Source: Octopus vulgaris (taxonomy: Eukaryota). From it: a DNA stretch of 64,000 nucleotides. Position 1 is the first letter of the stretch, and the number at the start of each line of letters is the position of its first letter. The DNA lies in contig OX597819.1 of NCBI GenBank assembly GCA_951406725.2, forward strand, positions 72,664,001 through 72,728,000, read 5' to 3'. Below the pieces are notes generated by a model. That model searched no databases. It was not told the DNA's origin and worked only from the letters and a program-made list of their open reading frames with translations. Of the stretch, positions 14,311 to 26,574 are shown piece by piece. Made by a program: the position numbers and the translations under genes.

Positions 14311-14633
14311 TGTTCTAATCATCATAACTCTTTATTCGTGAGAAAAGAGAAAGATACCTGTCTGTTTGCTTATTCGTTTTTTAATATATTTTGTTGTTTT
14401 GTGATTTTGTTTTTTAAGTTCCAAATTGAAATTTTAATACCAAATTTTTTTTTTCCCCCTAAAATTCACTTCTTCCTCAATTCAGAGAAAATTTGTCCTT
14501 CATTCAAAAAAAAAAAATTGTTCAGTTTTATGTTTTTTTTTAAATTTCAGCATTTTCTGTTCAAAATTATGAGATAATGGGAAAAAAAAAAAAAGAAAAA
14601 CCCTTCCAACTTTTTTTTCTACCCAATTATTCG

Positions 14634-15229
14634 CTAAGAGATCATGCTAGGTGGAGTGGTGCCATGACCCGGTGGCACCTGAGCAGCACCACTTATGTCT
14701 TTTCTCTGGGAATTGTCTGATTGCTGAACTGCAAAAACAGTGGAGTTTTGGGCTGCAGCAGTTACATGTCCTACCTGATGTGCGTTTGGAAACGTCACTT
14801 GCAGCGACTGCGTTTTTAGCTTATTATTACCAACTTGTTTTGTTATTACCTTGCTCCCGCTGCTTGACTTGATATGCGTGTGTGATGACAGTATTTGTTG
14901 CTGTTGACTGCCGCCAGTTTTACTGTTATTTTTGTTACCTGCTGTTATAGTGTGCAATGCTGATGTAGCTGGTGTGGCTAATGTTGGCGATGAAGTCGAT
15001 GACTTTGGATTGTTATTGTTATTATTATTACTGCTGTTGCCCCTGCCTGTCACAACACTACCCCCACTGTTGTTGCTTGACGTCTGAGCTTTGCTGCCAC
15101 CGGCTGATGAAGAAGATGAGGTTGCTGAGTGACGAGCTTTGCTGCTGTGGACATTAGCAGCTTGATTCGACTTGTGTGGTCGATGGCTTGAGCCCTGAGC
15201 CCCGTGGCGAAGGTTGGTTGAACTTTTAT
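14634..15229 (-). CDS. ATXN7: Ataxin-7-like probable terminal coding exon (Ser/Asn/Gln-rich)
   Basis: ctattcacag|AT AAA AGT... phase 1, open to TAG at 14634-14636 (ORF 14634..15251). Composition resembles the upstream exons. Linkage across the 31-kb intron is inferred from phase and strand only. Confidence 0.75.
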
Positions 15230-15386
15230 CTGTGAATAGAGGAAACAACAAAGATTATTTCAGTCGCAAAACTTTCCGAGATTCTCAGATTTTAACTGTC
15301 ATCATTTGACAACTGCTTCTCCATGCTTACAACCAACTTTGGTCTATCATCTTCGATGGATGGGAGGTAACAAACTTGAGGAGGGG

Positions 15387-15440
15387 AAGAAGAAGAAGAA
15401 GAAGAAGAAGAAGAAGAAGAAGAAGAAGAAGAAGAAGAAG
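15387..15440. repeat. (AAG)n microsatellite in the small ATXN7 intron
   Basis: About 18 tandem AAG units. Confidence 0.95.
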
Positions 15441-15547
15441 GGATGATTACAAAAGACATTAAAAAAAAGGACCCTTTGTGTTAAAATAATGACTAGAGAT
15501 AAAAAGTTTGATGAGAAACTGCTAAATTGGTGCAGATTGCTACTTAC

Positions 15548-15614
15548 CAGAGGGGGACGGTATTATTCCATTGAGTAAAGGAGATGATGCAGTGATTTGG
15601 GGACTCACTGAACC
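15548..15614 (-). CDS. ATXN7: Ataxin-7-like small exon
   Basis: ttttttctgtag|GGT TCA...TCT G|gtaagt. Encodes GSVSPQITASSPLLNGIIPSPS. 67 nt, phase 0 to 1, exactly bridging the phases of the flanking exons. Confidence 0.8.
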
Positions 15615-16251
15615 CTACAGAAAAAAAATAAGGAGAAAAAAATTAGATAAAATTGAAAACTTACAATTTTGACACAAAAAAAAAATAAATGAAGAAAAAG
15701 AAAAGACAGCCCCAAGGAGAGCAAAACTTGTCACTGTATTTATTACGTACTGAATGTTAGATAAAAACCACGACTTCAAACATATGGTGAACCCTGGAGG
15801 TCAGCTATCAGAGATGAGAGAGTCCATTTTAATTTAAAGTGAGATTGGAAGTTTGAACAATTAAAAGATACGTATGTGTGAAGGTTTGTGCCTTCTAATC
15901 TTGATGATATCCTGCATTAAACCATTATTTCTTCCACAAAATTAACGTACCTCCACCCCTGTTCTTTCAACTACTAAACAATACCATTGCAAATGTGCTC
16001 CACCCTTTTCATTCTCACTAAAGTATTTACTAGCTCCCAGCATAAACATTCCTTTCAAGATGAAACAAAATGGAAAAGGTGTCTTCCAATTTTTGCTACT
16101 ACCATTGGGATCTACACCGAGATCTGCATATGCAGTCGGCTTCACCTGGGCTCGTGTAAACATGGCACTAATTTCCATGATAGAATGTAAAAGCAATAAA
16201 AAAGAAAACATTTGAAGACAACCAGACAAGAAGCACTTTGATCTCTCAAGC

Positions 16252-16829
16252 AATAACAAATACATTATTTACATTTGACGAATATTTGTCCTCATTTTGT
16301 TTGTTGTTAACACAAAGTTTCGGCTGATATACCCTCCAGCCTTCATGAAGTGTCTTGGGGAAATTTCGAACCAGGGTTCTCATTCTTAAGGTATTTTTTG
16401 ATGTTATTATTATTATTATTATTATCATTATTATTATTGTTATTATTATTAAGGTCACTGCCTGGAATTGAACTCAGAATCTTAGGGTTAGTAGCCCACA
16501 CTCTTAACCACTACACCATATGCCCGCTCTTAACCACTATACCATATGCCCATGGGCATATGGCGTAGTGGTTAAGAGCACAGGCTACTAACCCCAAGAT
16601 TCTGAGTTCAATTCCAGGCAGTGACCTGAATAATAATAACAACATCGAAAAATACCTTAGGAATGAGAACCCAAGTTCGAAATTTCCCCAAGACACCTGA
16701 TAAAGGCTGGAGGGTATATCAGCCGAAACACTGTTAACAACAAACAAGATGAAGACAAATATCCGTCAAATGTAAATAATGTACATAATTCCTCATCTCT
16801 TAAATATAGAACTAAATAACAAATACATT
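16252..16829. mobile_element. Palindromic tRNA-head + hammerhead-motif retroelement, copy 1 (coordinates include 15-bp TSD)
   Basis: Head-to-head inverted ~260-bp arms centred on tatgccc-at-gggcata. TSD aataacaaatacatt at 16252-16266 and 16815-16829. Confidence 0.8.
16554..16626 (+). promoter_or_regulatory. tRNA-like head with Pol III A and B boxes (inverted partner at 16453-16525)
   Basis: A box TGGCGTAGTGG at 16561-16571 and B box GAGTTCAATTCC at 16604-16615. Acceptor stem is imperfect, so not a functional tRNA. Confidence 0.75.
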
Positions 16830-16951
16830 TATATTATTTTCCCCCAACAAAATTCTAAACAAATTACTCTAATTGTAATCTTGATAAAATTGTTTAGCAT
16901 CAAAAATAAATTAGAAAAAAGAAAGGGAGGGGGATTTTTTGTCAAGTTTAA

Positions 16952-17164
16952 CCCTTTCAATACCAACCTGGCTGAAACAGGCTCTGGCTCCATCATGCAA
17001 ATGCCTTGTTTTCATAAGTTTTAAGTTAAAAATCTTCCACCAAACCTTAGTCACAATTTATGTTCCTAATACTAGCTGAATGATAACTAAGTTATTTCAA
17101 TAGATTCTTTGTTATATTTAAAGTAATTGAAAGAAACACAGCTCAAAATACAGTAACGAATGGG
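16952..17164. mobile_element. piggyBac-type MITE (family P2); relatives at ~17870-18085 and 53120-53325
   Basis: TTAA|ccctttc...gaatggg|TTAA. Confidence 0.75.
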
Positions 17165-17568
17165 TTAATGCAACTAAGTGAAGTATGTGTGTGTGTGTGT
17201 GGGGGGGGGGACAAACCATTTGAATAATGGTAAAAATAAAGCAAAAATTTATCATATATCAGGAAGTTAACCAACAACAGACAAACAAGATTTGAACTCA
17301 CAACTTCTGATATTTCATGACAGATAAGTAAAATGGTTGCAAGCCAGTCTGATTTACAAGAAACTCATTCACTATAGTACATTGCTCATCGCCTATAATA
17401 ATTAAATATAATATTAATTCTAAATATTTCATTCATAAAAAAAGAACACACATATATATATTTACTCTGAGTGTTAACCAGGCTACTACTGGTTTCATGT
17501 TGAGAGAAATCTCTCAACAATTATCGAGCCTTCCACATAGAACATAGGCAATTGTAGAGAGAGAGGGA

Positions 17569-17604
<36 letters not shown>

Positions 17605-18109
17605 CAAAGAGTAATTCTGAAATTTAAATGAATGTTTCCTCATAGTAAAATAGTAAAGTATTATTCATGAAACTACCTCGTTAAGCTGGAAGTCAGAATT
17701 GTAATCTCAAAACAGATTTTCTTTCAGCCTCTGGGAGCAGTTTTATGATTGTAAACAAGACTCAAAGCTTTGTTCAACTTGTGAACAGGGAATTTAGATG
17801 TGTAGTGGGTTTTCACTGCAGTCATTGCTAAACCACTGAATAAAATTGTCCTGGTTGTTTCACCTTCACCTTTTCGTTACCATATTTGTGTTGAAAAACA
17901 CTGTCTTTGTTTCAATTCATTTTGAAAAAAAAATGGTGAATTTCATAAAATAACTTTTGTCACCATGAATTTGGTGTTTGGAACATAAATTAACATGAAA
18001 TTTTGATAGAAGATCATTTTAAAACTGGAAGTTAGAATCACAGAATGACAGATGGTCTCAGACAATAAGTTGGTGTCTAGAATTAAATATTGTTCTGTTT
18101 CTCTTGTAG

Positions 18110-18380
18110 ATGTACAAACATTATTTACATTTGACGGATATTTGTCCTCATCTTGTTTGTTGTTAACACAGCTTTTCGGCTGGTTTACCCTCCAGCCTTC
18201 ATCAGGTGTCTTAGAGAAATTTTAAACATGGGTTCTCATTCCTAAGGTATTTTTTGATATTGTTGTTGTTATTATTACTATTATTATTATTATTATTATT
18301 CAGGTCACTGCTTGGAATCGAACTCAGAATCTTGGGGTTAGTAGCCCTTGCTCTTAACCACTATGCCATATGCCCGTGGG

Positions 18381-18426
<46 letters not shown>

Positions 18427-18611
18427 TCGGAATATATCTTAAGAATGAGAACCCAGGTTCCAAATTTCCCCAAGACACCTTATGAAGGCTGGAGGGCATA
18501 TCAGCCGAAATGTTGTGTTAACAACAAACAAGATGAGGACAAATATCCGTCAAATGTAAATAATGTACATAATTCCTCATCTCTTAAATATAGAATTTAT
18601 GTACAAACATT
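18110..18611. mobile_element. Palindromic tRNA-head + hammerhead-motif retroelement, copy 2 (coordinates include 13-bp TSD)
   Basis: Same arms as copy 1, but the right tRNA head is deleted except gggtata. TSD atgtacaaacatt at 18110-18122 and 18599-18611. Confidence 0.8.
18165..18210 (-). ncRNA. Minimal type I hammerhead ribozyme motif (Penelope-like)
   Basis: Minus strand reads gacac-CTGATGA-a-ggctgg-agggtaaa-ccagcc-GAAA-agct-gtgtt: stem I gacac/gtgtt, 6-bp stem II, intact CUGAUGA and GAAA. The stem III/cleavage triplet is mutated relative to the inferred consensus GAAACGUU. Confidence 0.6.
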
Positions 18612-19484
18612 GGCCGGAAGAAGTGATCTGTAGCAATTCAAACCTGTCCTGCTTGTTTTTACTAGTTTTCACTAATCCCAAAGCATGAATATCACAGCAG
18701 AAGAGTTGCATAAATGCACCAGGGTGACATAGTTTCAATCCTAGGTTTAGCATAAATATTTCACTCTTGCTAACTTAAACTTGCATAGTTTGGTAATTAA
18801 TAACATAATAAAAGTACTAGTTATATACCGAAACGGATTCAATCAAAAAGAAGTTTAATTTGTACCAAGTTCAAAGAAATCTAATAATAAAGATACTCTT
18901 TGCCCTATACAAAAGAAATCTTGTAAGAAATTGTAGCAAAGTTCCTGCTCAATGTTTTCAGATTTTCCCAGCTTGGGGCTACAATCTACCATACTGCTGT
19001 AAAAGGCATTGTGTCACCATAAAAAACATTAACATCTATGTGAATATGGCTCAACCAATCAGAACTGGCTGATTTATTATAGTTGATGCAGTGAACTTCA
19101 AAAGAAATATGCAAGGTTTTCTGCTAAGTAACTTGAATGAATGTTCTCGAAACCTTTCCTTACAGTAATAAAAAGCTGGTGCATCTCCCCTCAGACTAGA
19201 GCCACTCAGCAGTGCACATGGTACAAATATGACTTTGCTCAATGAATTGGTCTTTCACTTTGCCTTACCTAATATACTTATGCCATATGCAACAAAAGAC
19301 AACAACCTTCAGCTGTAATGTCAGACCATGCACACATTGATTATATGCAGTGGTTTCAACTCTTTCTAATGACTCCATCTTCAAAGACTATGAATTACTT
19401 TCATAATATTACCTTGTGTATTGTATTACAGAAACTTCCAAACTATTTTGCTTACCATTTCATTATCTCAAATTCATTCTTTTT

Positions 19485-19860
19485 ATCTTTTATCTTTTAC
19501 TTGTTTCAGACATTATACTGTGGCCATGCTGGAACACCACCTTGTACAACTTTTAGTTGAAAGAATCAACCCCAGTGCATATTTTTTTCTAAAGCCTAGT
19601 ACTTATTTTATCAGTCTCTTTTACAGAACCACTAGGTTACAGGGACATAAACACACCAGCAGCAGTGGTACACACACACACACACATACATACATGGCAG
19701 GCTTCTTTCAGTTTCCATTTACCAGATCCACTCACAAGGTTTTGGTCAGCCAGAAGCTATGTTAGAAGACCCTTACCCAGGGTGGCACACAGTGGGACTG
19801 AACCCAGAACCATGAGGTTTAGAAGCAAGCTTCTTACCACACAACCATGTCTGCACCTAT
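19485..19860 (-). mobile_element. tRNA-derived SINE (family A), near full length
   Basis: Head gtgtggtaagaagcttgct...gggttcagtcccact, central CA repeat and tail ccagcatggccacagt, all on the minus strand. Confidence 0.8.
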
Positions 19861-21169
19861 TGTGAATATTTATGATGCAAGTTAAAAAAAACACATGAAA
19901 AATCAAATGCATAGTTTCTTCCCATGCAGCAGCCGACCTAATATTGTGAACTCACAACAAAGAATTAATTATTAAAATCTCACACTATGAACAAAATTGA
20001 ATACAGAAACCAGTAATAAAGCAAAAGAAAGGACAAAACGATCGAGATGGGCAGGAAAACCATTGTTATTTCCAGTCTGAATGTGATAGGCGAGGAGAGT
20101 GAAATGTCCAAGATGTGTGAGAGGCTGGGTAAGATGTCTGGGATTATGCTTCTCTGAAGGGGTGGTCACATATACAATGGAAATGAAATGGTTGACGGTT
20201 TTTGAATAACTGGCCTTATTAGTCATAAGACGCAAGACAAACGAAAAAAAAATTGCTTCCCAATCACATGGTTCTGGGTTCAGTCCTATTACGTGGCACC
20301 TTTGGCAAGTGTCTTCTACTATAGCCCCAGGCTACAAATGCTAAGCTATTTGTAACACCTTAAGGTCTCTCAAACTGTCAAAATTTGTTTTAAAAATGAT
20401 GAAACTCGACTGCTTGGACTGCATCATCTTAAAGTATTTTTCAAACTCTTCTTACACAATATTACTCTCTATTGCCACATCATTTTAAATTTCTTCTTAA
20501 CATTATCATGTTATAATGACACAATCTCTATAAGCAAGCAACAGTATTTTAATGACACAACTTTCGTACAAATTCTGAGTTATTAAGATAGAGTGCAGCA
20601 AAAAAAAAAAAAATTCAAATTCACTATTTATGATGTTTCTACGATAAATAGTGTAATACATTAGTCTAAACCATAATGGTAAAGAAAGAAAAAGGACGGG
20701 AAGAAACGGTAAAACATTAATGTCATGTAGACATTGTTAGCACCTGGCTAACGTTATTGGCTGTATAAAATATGGGAGGTTTTTTTGCCTTGCCTTGTAA
20801 TTAAGATGTAGGTTTTGTTTGAAATGTATCAAAATGGAATTGCCTAATTATTTAATTTACAATTAATTGCAAATTGTTATTGTAATTAATTTTAAGTAAC
20901 TGACATTTTATTTTGAGACGAAACCGTTTAATATAAAGTGATAATTAATAATTCATTACAAGAGCCAGCCAATAGCAAACCTGAATAAATTCTATTCATT
21001 ATGTGAAGAATATCATGTGTTATTTTATGAAAAGTACTTTTGATTCATTTGTCAGTTGTTTTTTTATTTATTTTGATGACTTAAATTGGTGCTGAATGAT
21101 AAAATCTTTTTGTTTCATACAGGGTACCATACTAAAAATATTATTTAGTATTTGTCTTCCAAGGTACTT

Positions 21170-21403
21170 TGTGACCCTGTTGGTGCTGGTACTATGGAAA
21201 AAAGGCTGGTGATGGTGCCACATAAAAAGGACTGATGATGGTGCCATGTAAAAATCACCCACTACACTCTGTAAAGTGGTTGGCATTAGGAATGGCATCT
21301 AGCTGTAGAAACCATGCCAAAACAGACTGGAACCTGGTGCAGCTCCTGTAGATTTGTCCAGCTGATGCCAGTATGGAAAAAGGATGTTTAAAATGATGAT
21401 GAT
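21170..21403 (+). mobile_element. Short repeat with (tga)n tail (family D, RTE-tail-like); many copies, e.g. 24600-24780, 43010-43200, 52485-52825, 54428-54600, 57543-57780, 62670-62858
   Basis: Conserved gttggcattaggaagggcatccagctgtagaaaccatgccaaa...ccagcatggaaaa..ttaaatgatgatg. Confidence 0.7.
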
Positions 21404-23394
21404 GAGAGAGAGAGACTAGAAGCATCCATTTAAAACAGCTACAGAACACAAATTAAGTAGATACTTGTAAGTATTAGAGGAATAGATTTTATTCTCTCTC
21501 TCTAATCAATACATAAGCTTGAAAACTAAAAGGGTTATGATAGAAGTTTCAGGAATAAAAGAAAGGAGGAAATCTATCAAAAAAGGCAGAAATAGATTTA
21601 ACATTGGCACAGCAGCAAATCATACTGGACTGTAGACTAGTAAAGGAGATGTTTCACAGTCTTAAAGTTTGACAAGAATTCTTGGCTGTATTAGAAGGAA
21701 ATGGAAGGTTTTAGAGCTGCAGAAACAACACAGCAAAATTTAGCAACAGTTCATGACTCTGCTGAATAAAAAGTGACTTTAATTCAAGATGCTACAAAAT
21801 CAGGAGGTTTTAAAAATGAACAACTTCAATTTACACTTTGGGGCAAACTGCCAATTCTTATCTGATTCAAATATGTCTCCCTTTTCAAACAATTTCTAAA
21901 GAAAAATCAATACATTTCAGTTTCATCGGGGAAGAAAATATCTTCTTCCACGGTTTATTTTATCATTTTGGTAACTCAACATCATTTTATGTCCCCTTTC
22001 TAGGTTGGTATGGGTTGGAACAGTTCATCAGGATCTGACACTTAGAAGGGACTGTGTCGTGCCCCGATGTCTTAGTTTTGGTTGCTATAGCTGGAAGCCT
22101 TTCTTAACATCAATCACTATACACAGTATGAATTAGGAGCATTTCTTTCATACACCAGCACTAGAGAGTTTGTCATGTCTCCAGCAATACTGAACAGTTC
22201 TGTCAAACCTGCATTATTTCTATACAATTTGCCAAACCCCTCCTTTACAAAGTGTGCAGCATGTATTTTTTTCACAGAGTACTAGTGAGGTTGTTTTGTG
22301 ACTCCTGAAGCTAAAAAGTTCCAAGGATCAAAGGAAGAGAGGAAGGGAAGGGAAATAAGGCTGTGTGAGTAACAGGGTAGACACTGTGAGGGGAGGGAGC
22401 AGGGAATGGAAAGGGTGGTGGTAGTGTCAAGGGTTAGTGAGGAGGATAGGAACAGAATAATAAAAGTGATAGGGTAGGTTGAACAGGAGAACCCAGTGCT
22501 ACCCCACGTTATAAGGGTGAATATGAGTGGAGAGTGTAGGAGGAGAGAGCATAAAAGGGGTAGGTCAGAGAGAAAAAGAGGTTGGAGGTGTCATAGAGAT
22601 GGTGAAGCAGAGGATGAACAGTGAAAGCATCATAGAAGCTGTGGGGAGGGGGGCATCAAGAGCGAGGTGGAGAGGAGTGGGTGAATGTCCCAGTCACTAA
22701 CCACCCCCTTTTAAAGCACTCTTTCTGCCATGGCTACCAAAGTGAGTGGAATATGTTACCAATTGTTGTGGCCCCTTGTCAAAATATCGATTGTTTCTTT
22801 ATTAGTTGTGCCCAAACCCCAAAATGGATGTAACTTTTTAAGTAAGAAATACTGCAAAAGACTTTAAAAAAGGCTCGAAGCTGAACTCTCAGAGGCAAAA
22901 AATGACTCTTTTATACAAACCTCATCCATCTTATCTGTTACTCTTTCCATTACCGTCCTCTCACAATAAATCAGTTGTGTGTATATATATATATATATAT
23001 TCAAACAAGTATTTTCTATATGTATACAGATACATGTGAAGATGTGGCCTATGGCATTCATGATCACAAGATTGTGGTTTCAATTCCCCAACCTGATATT
23101 ATGTTGCATTCCTGTGCAAAACACTTCATTCCATGTTACTTCAGCCCACTGAGCAGTTAAATGAGTTCCAGCAATACTTGGGAAGTTAACCCTGTGATGG
23201 ACTAGCATCCCATTCAGGGGGAGTGTGGTAATCTCATTCACTTATATATCATGGAAACCAGGTTAAGTTCCATCTTTATTACTCCTAAGGATCATGACAG
23301 ACCTAAGTAAGTAATACATATATGAATACATTAAAATACACATGAAGCATTTGTGTTTAACAGGTATTGGGGATTGACCTCAAAGCTTTTCAGT

Positions 23395-23720
23395 GAGGCT
23401 TCAAGGACACACTGAAAGCCTCAATGAAGGGCTTTGGGATCAGCCCCTGGGAAACACAAGCACAAGACTGCCCTGCCTGGCAAAGTTGCGCTAACAGAGG
23501 TGCTACCACCTACAAACAGAACAGAATTACAAAGGCACAAAGAAAATGCAAACTACACAAGTCCAAAGCCAACCCCTTGCCTTCAGTCCCAACAGACCAC
23601 AAGTGCCCAACCTGCAGGGCCTTCCAAGTATCCATCGGACTGATTGGCCACAGGTGGACACATTGTGTCCAGTCTTCTATGTGATGTCCTTGGTCATTGT
23701 CAATGATGACAGGACAAACT
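23395..23720 (+). mobile_element. 5'-truncated RTE/BovB-like LINE 3' end
   Basis: FKDTLKASMKGFGI..WETQAQD.PAW...G...YKQNRI.....KCPTCRAF...IGLIGHRWTH (C-terminal Cys/His motif). Confidence 0.85.
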
Positions 23721-23932
23721 AAAAACACACACACACATTAATTTTTACAAGGAAAAGGTTGACAGTGACTTTGAAGTTTTGGCATACTTGTCATCAGGAC
23801 TGATGACAATGAATGAGTGAAAACTTTCCTTGTAAAAATTAATAAATATCTACTCTACTAAAAAGTACTGTGTCATCCTTCCATCTCATGTTAGATTCTT
23901 CTTTAATATACAATCTACCATAAAAGCAAATA

Positions 23933-24453
23933 CTGTAAATCCTCAAGTATAGTCCGCCCTTGAGTATAATACCCAGGGGATTTTTAGGGGGCTGTACTTC
24001 TGAAAAACCTAAACCTTGTGTATAATACGCACCCCTTCTCTAACTTGAGTCAAGGAGGTCTATATAATGTCCTTGGTTTGTAAAAATATATACGGTAACG
24101 TCCTTTATTATTATTGTATATATAACATAATGCAAACGTGTAGCTTTTTTGTGCATTTTGTTTGCAGAAAATAAAGAAATAACTGTAATAACAGTAATAA
24201 TGTTTAATAAATGTTGCTTACTGCAAGTTATGGATGATTCTTTTATGACTTCATTGCTTTCAGGCTTAGCTTAAGGTATTTTCGCACCCAACATCACAAA
24301 ATGCGTCTGAATAAATATTGCCAGACAACAAATAGGGACTCAGACATTGCTTAGAAAATATTTTTCATTTTTAACCTCGTGTATAGTACGCACTAGGGAT
24401 TTTGACCTTTAAATTGTGGGGGGAAAATGCGGATTATACTCGAGGATTTAAGG
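23933..24453. mobile_element. Tc1/mariner-superfamily (pogo/Tc2-like) MITE
   Basis: TA|ctgtaaatcctcaagtatagtccgc ... gcggattatactcgaggatttaagg|TA TIRs, plus subterminal gtataatac repeats. Confidence 0.8.
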
Positions 24454-25699
24454 TATTGATAAACACACACACACACAACACTTGGATACATGAGCTTGAA
24501 GCGACCCTGCAACCTGCCAGGTTTTATCAAACCGTTCAACCCATACCAGCATGGAAATGGGGTGCTCAATGATGATGATACATAGAAATATTATATATCA
24601 TCATCATCATCATTTAAAGTCCATCTTCCATGCTGGGAATGGGTTGAAGGATTTGTAAGGAGCTGGTAAGCTAGAGGATTTAGCCAAGTTCCAACTCTCT
24701 GCTTTGGCATAGTTTTTATGGCTGGATGCCCTTCCTAACATCAACCACTTTGCAGAGTGGATTGAGTACTTTTTACACACACACAAGATACATATTATAA
24801 ATAGTTTCTCTTTCACTTGTTTCAGTCATTATACATACATCATGACTGATGTATGTATAATGATGTATGTATCATCATCATCATCATTCCAGCAGCCAGT
24901 TTCTATGCCTGAATGGATCAGATGAGGTTTGATGAAGGTTTTACTACAGTCGGATGCCCTTACCCAGGTAATATTTCCATCTTGACTACAAATGTTTCTC
25001 CATAGATATGATCATCATGTGATGTCAGGACAAGGACACACACACGAGTCTTCTTTCAGTTTCCATCTACCGTATCTACTCACAAGGCTTTGGTAGACCC
25101 AGGACTACAGTGGACGATACTTGTCTTCAGATGCTACACAGTGGGACTGAACAGGAGACAACATGTCTCAGAAGCAAGCTTCTCAATCACACAGCTCCAT
25201 CTACCTCTATGCAGATATCATCAAACACATCATCACTGTTTCACATCTGTTGCTCCATGCCAGGATCAGTTGGATGGTTCAACATGATCCAACTTGCCCA
25301 AGGGCTGTGTTGCCCTCCAATGTCTGCTTTGGCATGGTGTCTATGGATGGATGTCCTTCCTTCTGCCACCCACTTTACAAAAGCACACCGGATGCTTTTT
25401 ACATGGCAAAGGCTCCAGTGAGGTCAATAAGTAACCCTTTAAGACACTTTCCCCATCCTATTTTAGCAACTATATTTGCAGATAATCCTCTCCCACAGCT
25501 AATTTCGTCACCTATGAGTTAGATAAATTACCTACAACCTTAAAGGAGCCTCCTGGACATATGTTTGTTGTCCCTGTGCATCGAAGTCCACTTTCTCTGT
25601 TAATCTTCCAGTGATTCTATGGCGTGTATTGTGTATCCATGGTTTGCACTAAATACACCATATGGAATTACTACTTACACCTTTCCTACAAATCAAAAA

Positions 25700-25890
25700 G
25701 AGTCATTTTCATGAATGGATAAACATATGGTTTGTTTCCCTGCTTACAAGGACTGTGGTCTTTTCCAAATTAAACTCAAGGCCCTCCAATTCCAAGATTT
25801 GATTCCACACCAGGAATTTCTTTTCTAATTCTGCTACTTTTTCAGCTTTAACAACAAGGTCATCAGTATAGAGGAGTTCGAATGGAGAAC
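25700..25890 (-). mobile_element. LINE reverse transcriptase fragment (RTE-like)
   Basis: PFELLYTDDLVV...LEKKFLVW...LELEGLEFNLEKTTVL corresponds to the YADD box and downstream RT motifs. Confidence 0.8.
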
Positions 25891-26574
25891 TTGTTTTAAA
25901 ATCTATTGATTTATATATATGGATAAGCATATACATATATAGAATGAGCCGGGTGTGTGTGTGTGTGTATGCTTATGTGAGTATGCATGTATGTGCGAAT
26001 ACACATGCATGCATATAAGTGTTCATCTGTGTATGTTTGTGTCATGTGATCTTGAGATCACATGACAGTCATAAATGAGTGTCCCTGCCATACAAACAGT
26101 GTTGTTTACTCCCAACACTCTGTAGAAAGCATTCCTAACCACGGGGAAAATATCTTGCTTGGAAACAGATGAGTGTTGGCAACAGGAAGGATATCAGTCT
26201 GTAGAAATTAACTCCATCTGACCCATGCCAGCATGGTAAAGTTGACATTAAATTGACGATGATACATATCTATATTCACAATATATACACACACACATTT
26301 ACATAATATATAAGATATGTACAAATGCATACATAGCTACAGGTACACCACACATACAGATTCATATATAGGTTTGGTGATGAACTCAAAACACGAATAT
26401 GTAAACTTTTTTTTTTCTTTTTTCACTAATAATAATTTGCAGAATTTACCAAGTGACTCAAGAGCAGGCATTTATCAAACTTTTGATGAGTGCCAATGAA
26501 TGAAACTCCCAACCTCAAGTCTCTCTCTAACCTCTACTGATTATTAATAATAAACAAATACACTGATTTATCGG

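Noticed and set aside
16554-16626. Functional tRNA gene
   Set aside because: A and B boxes are present, but the acceptor and anticodon stems are imperfect and it is embedded in a repeated TSD-flanked element.
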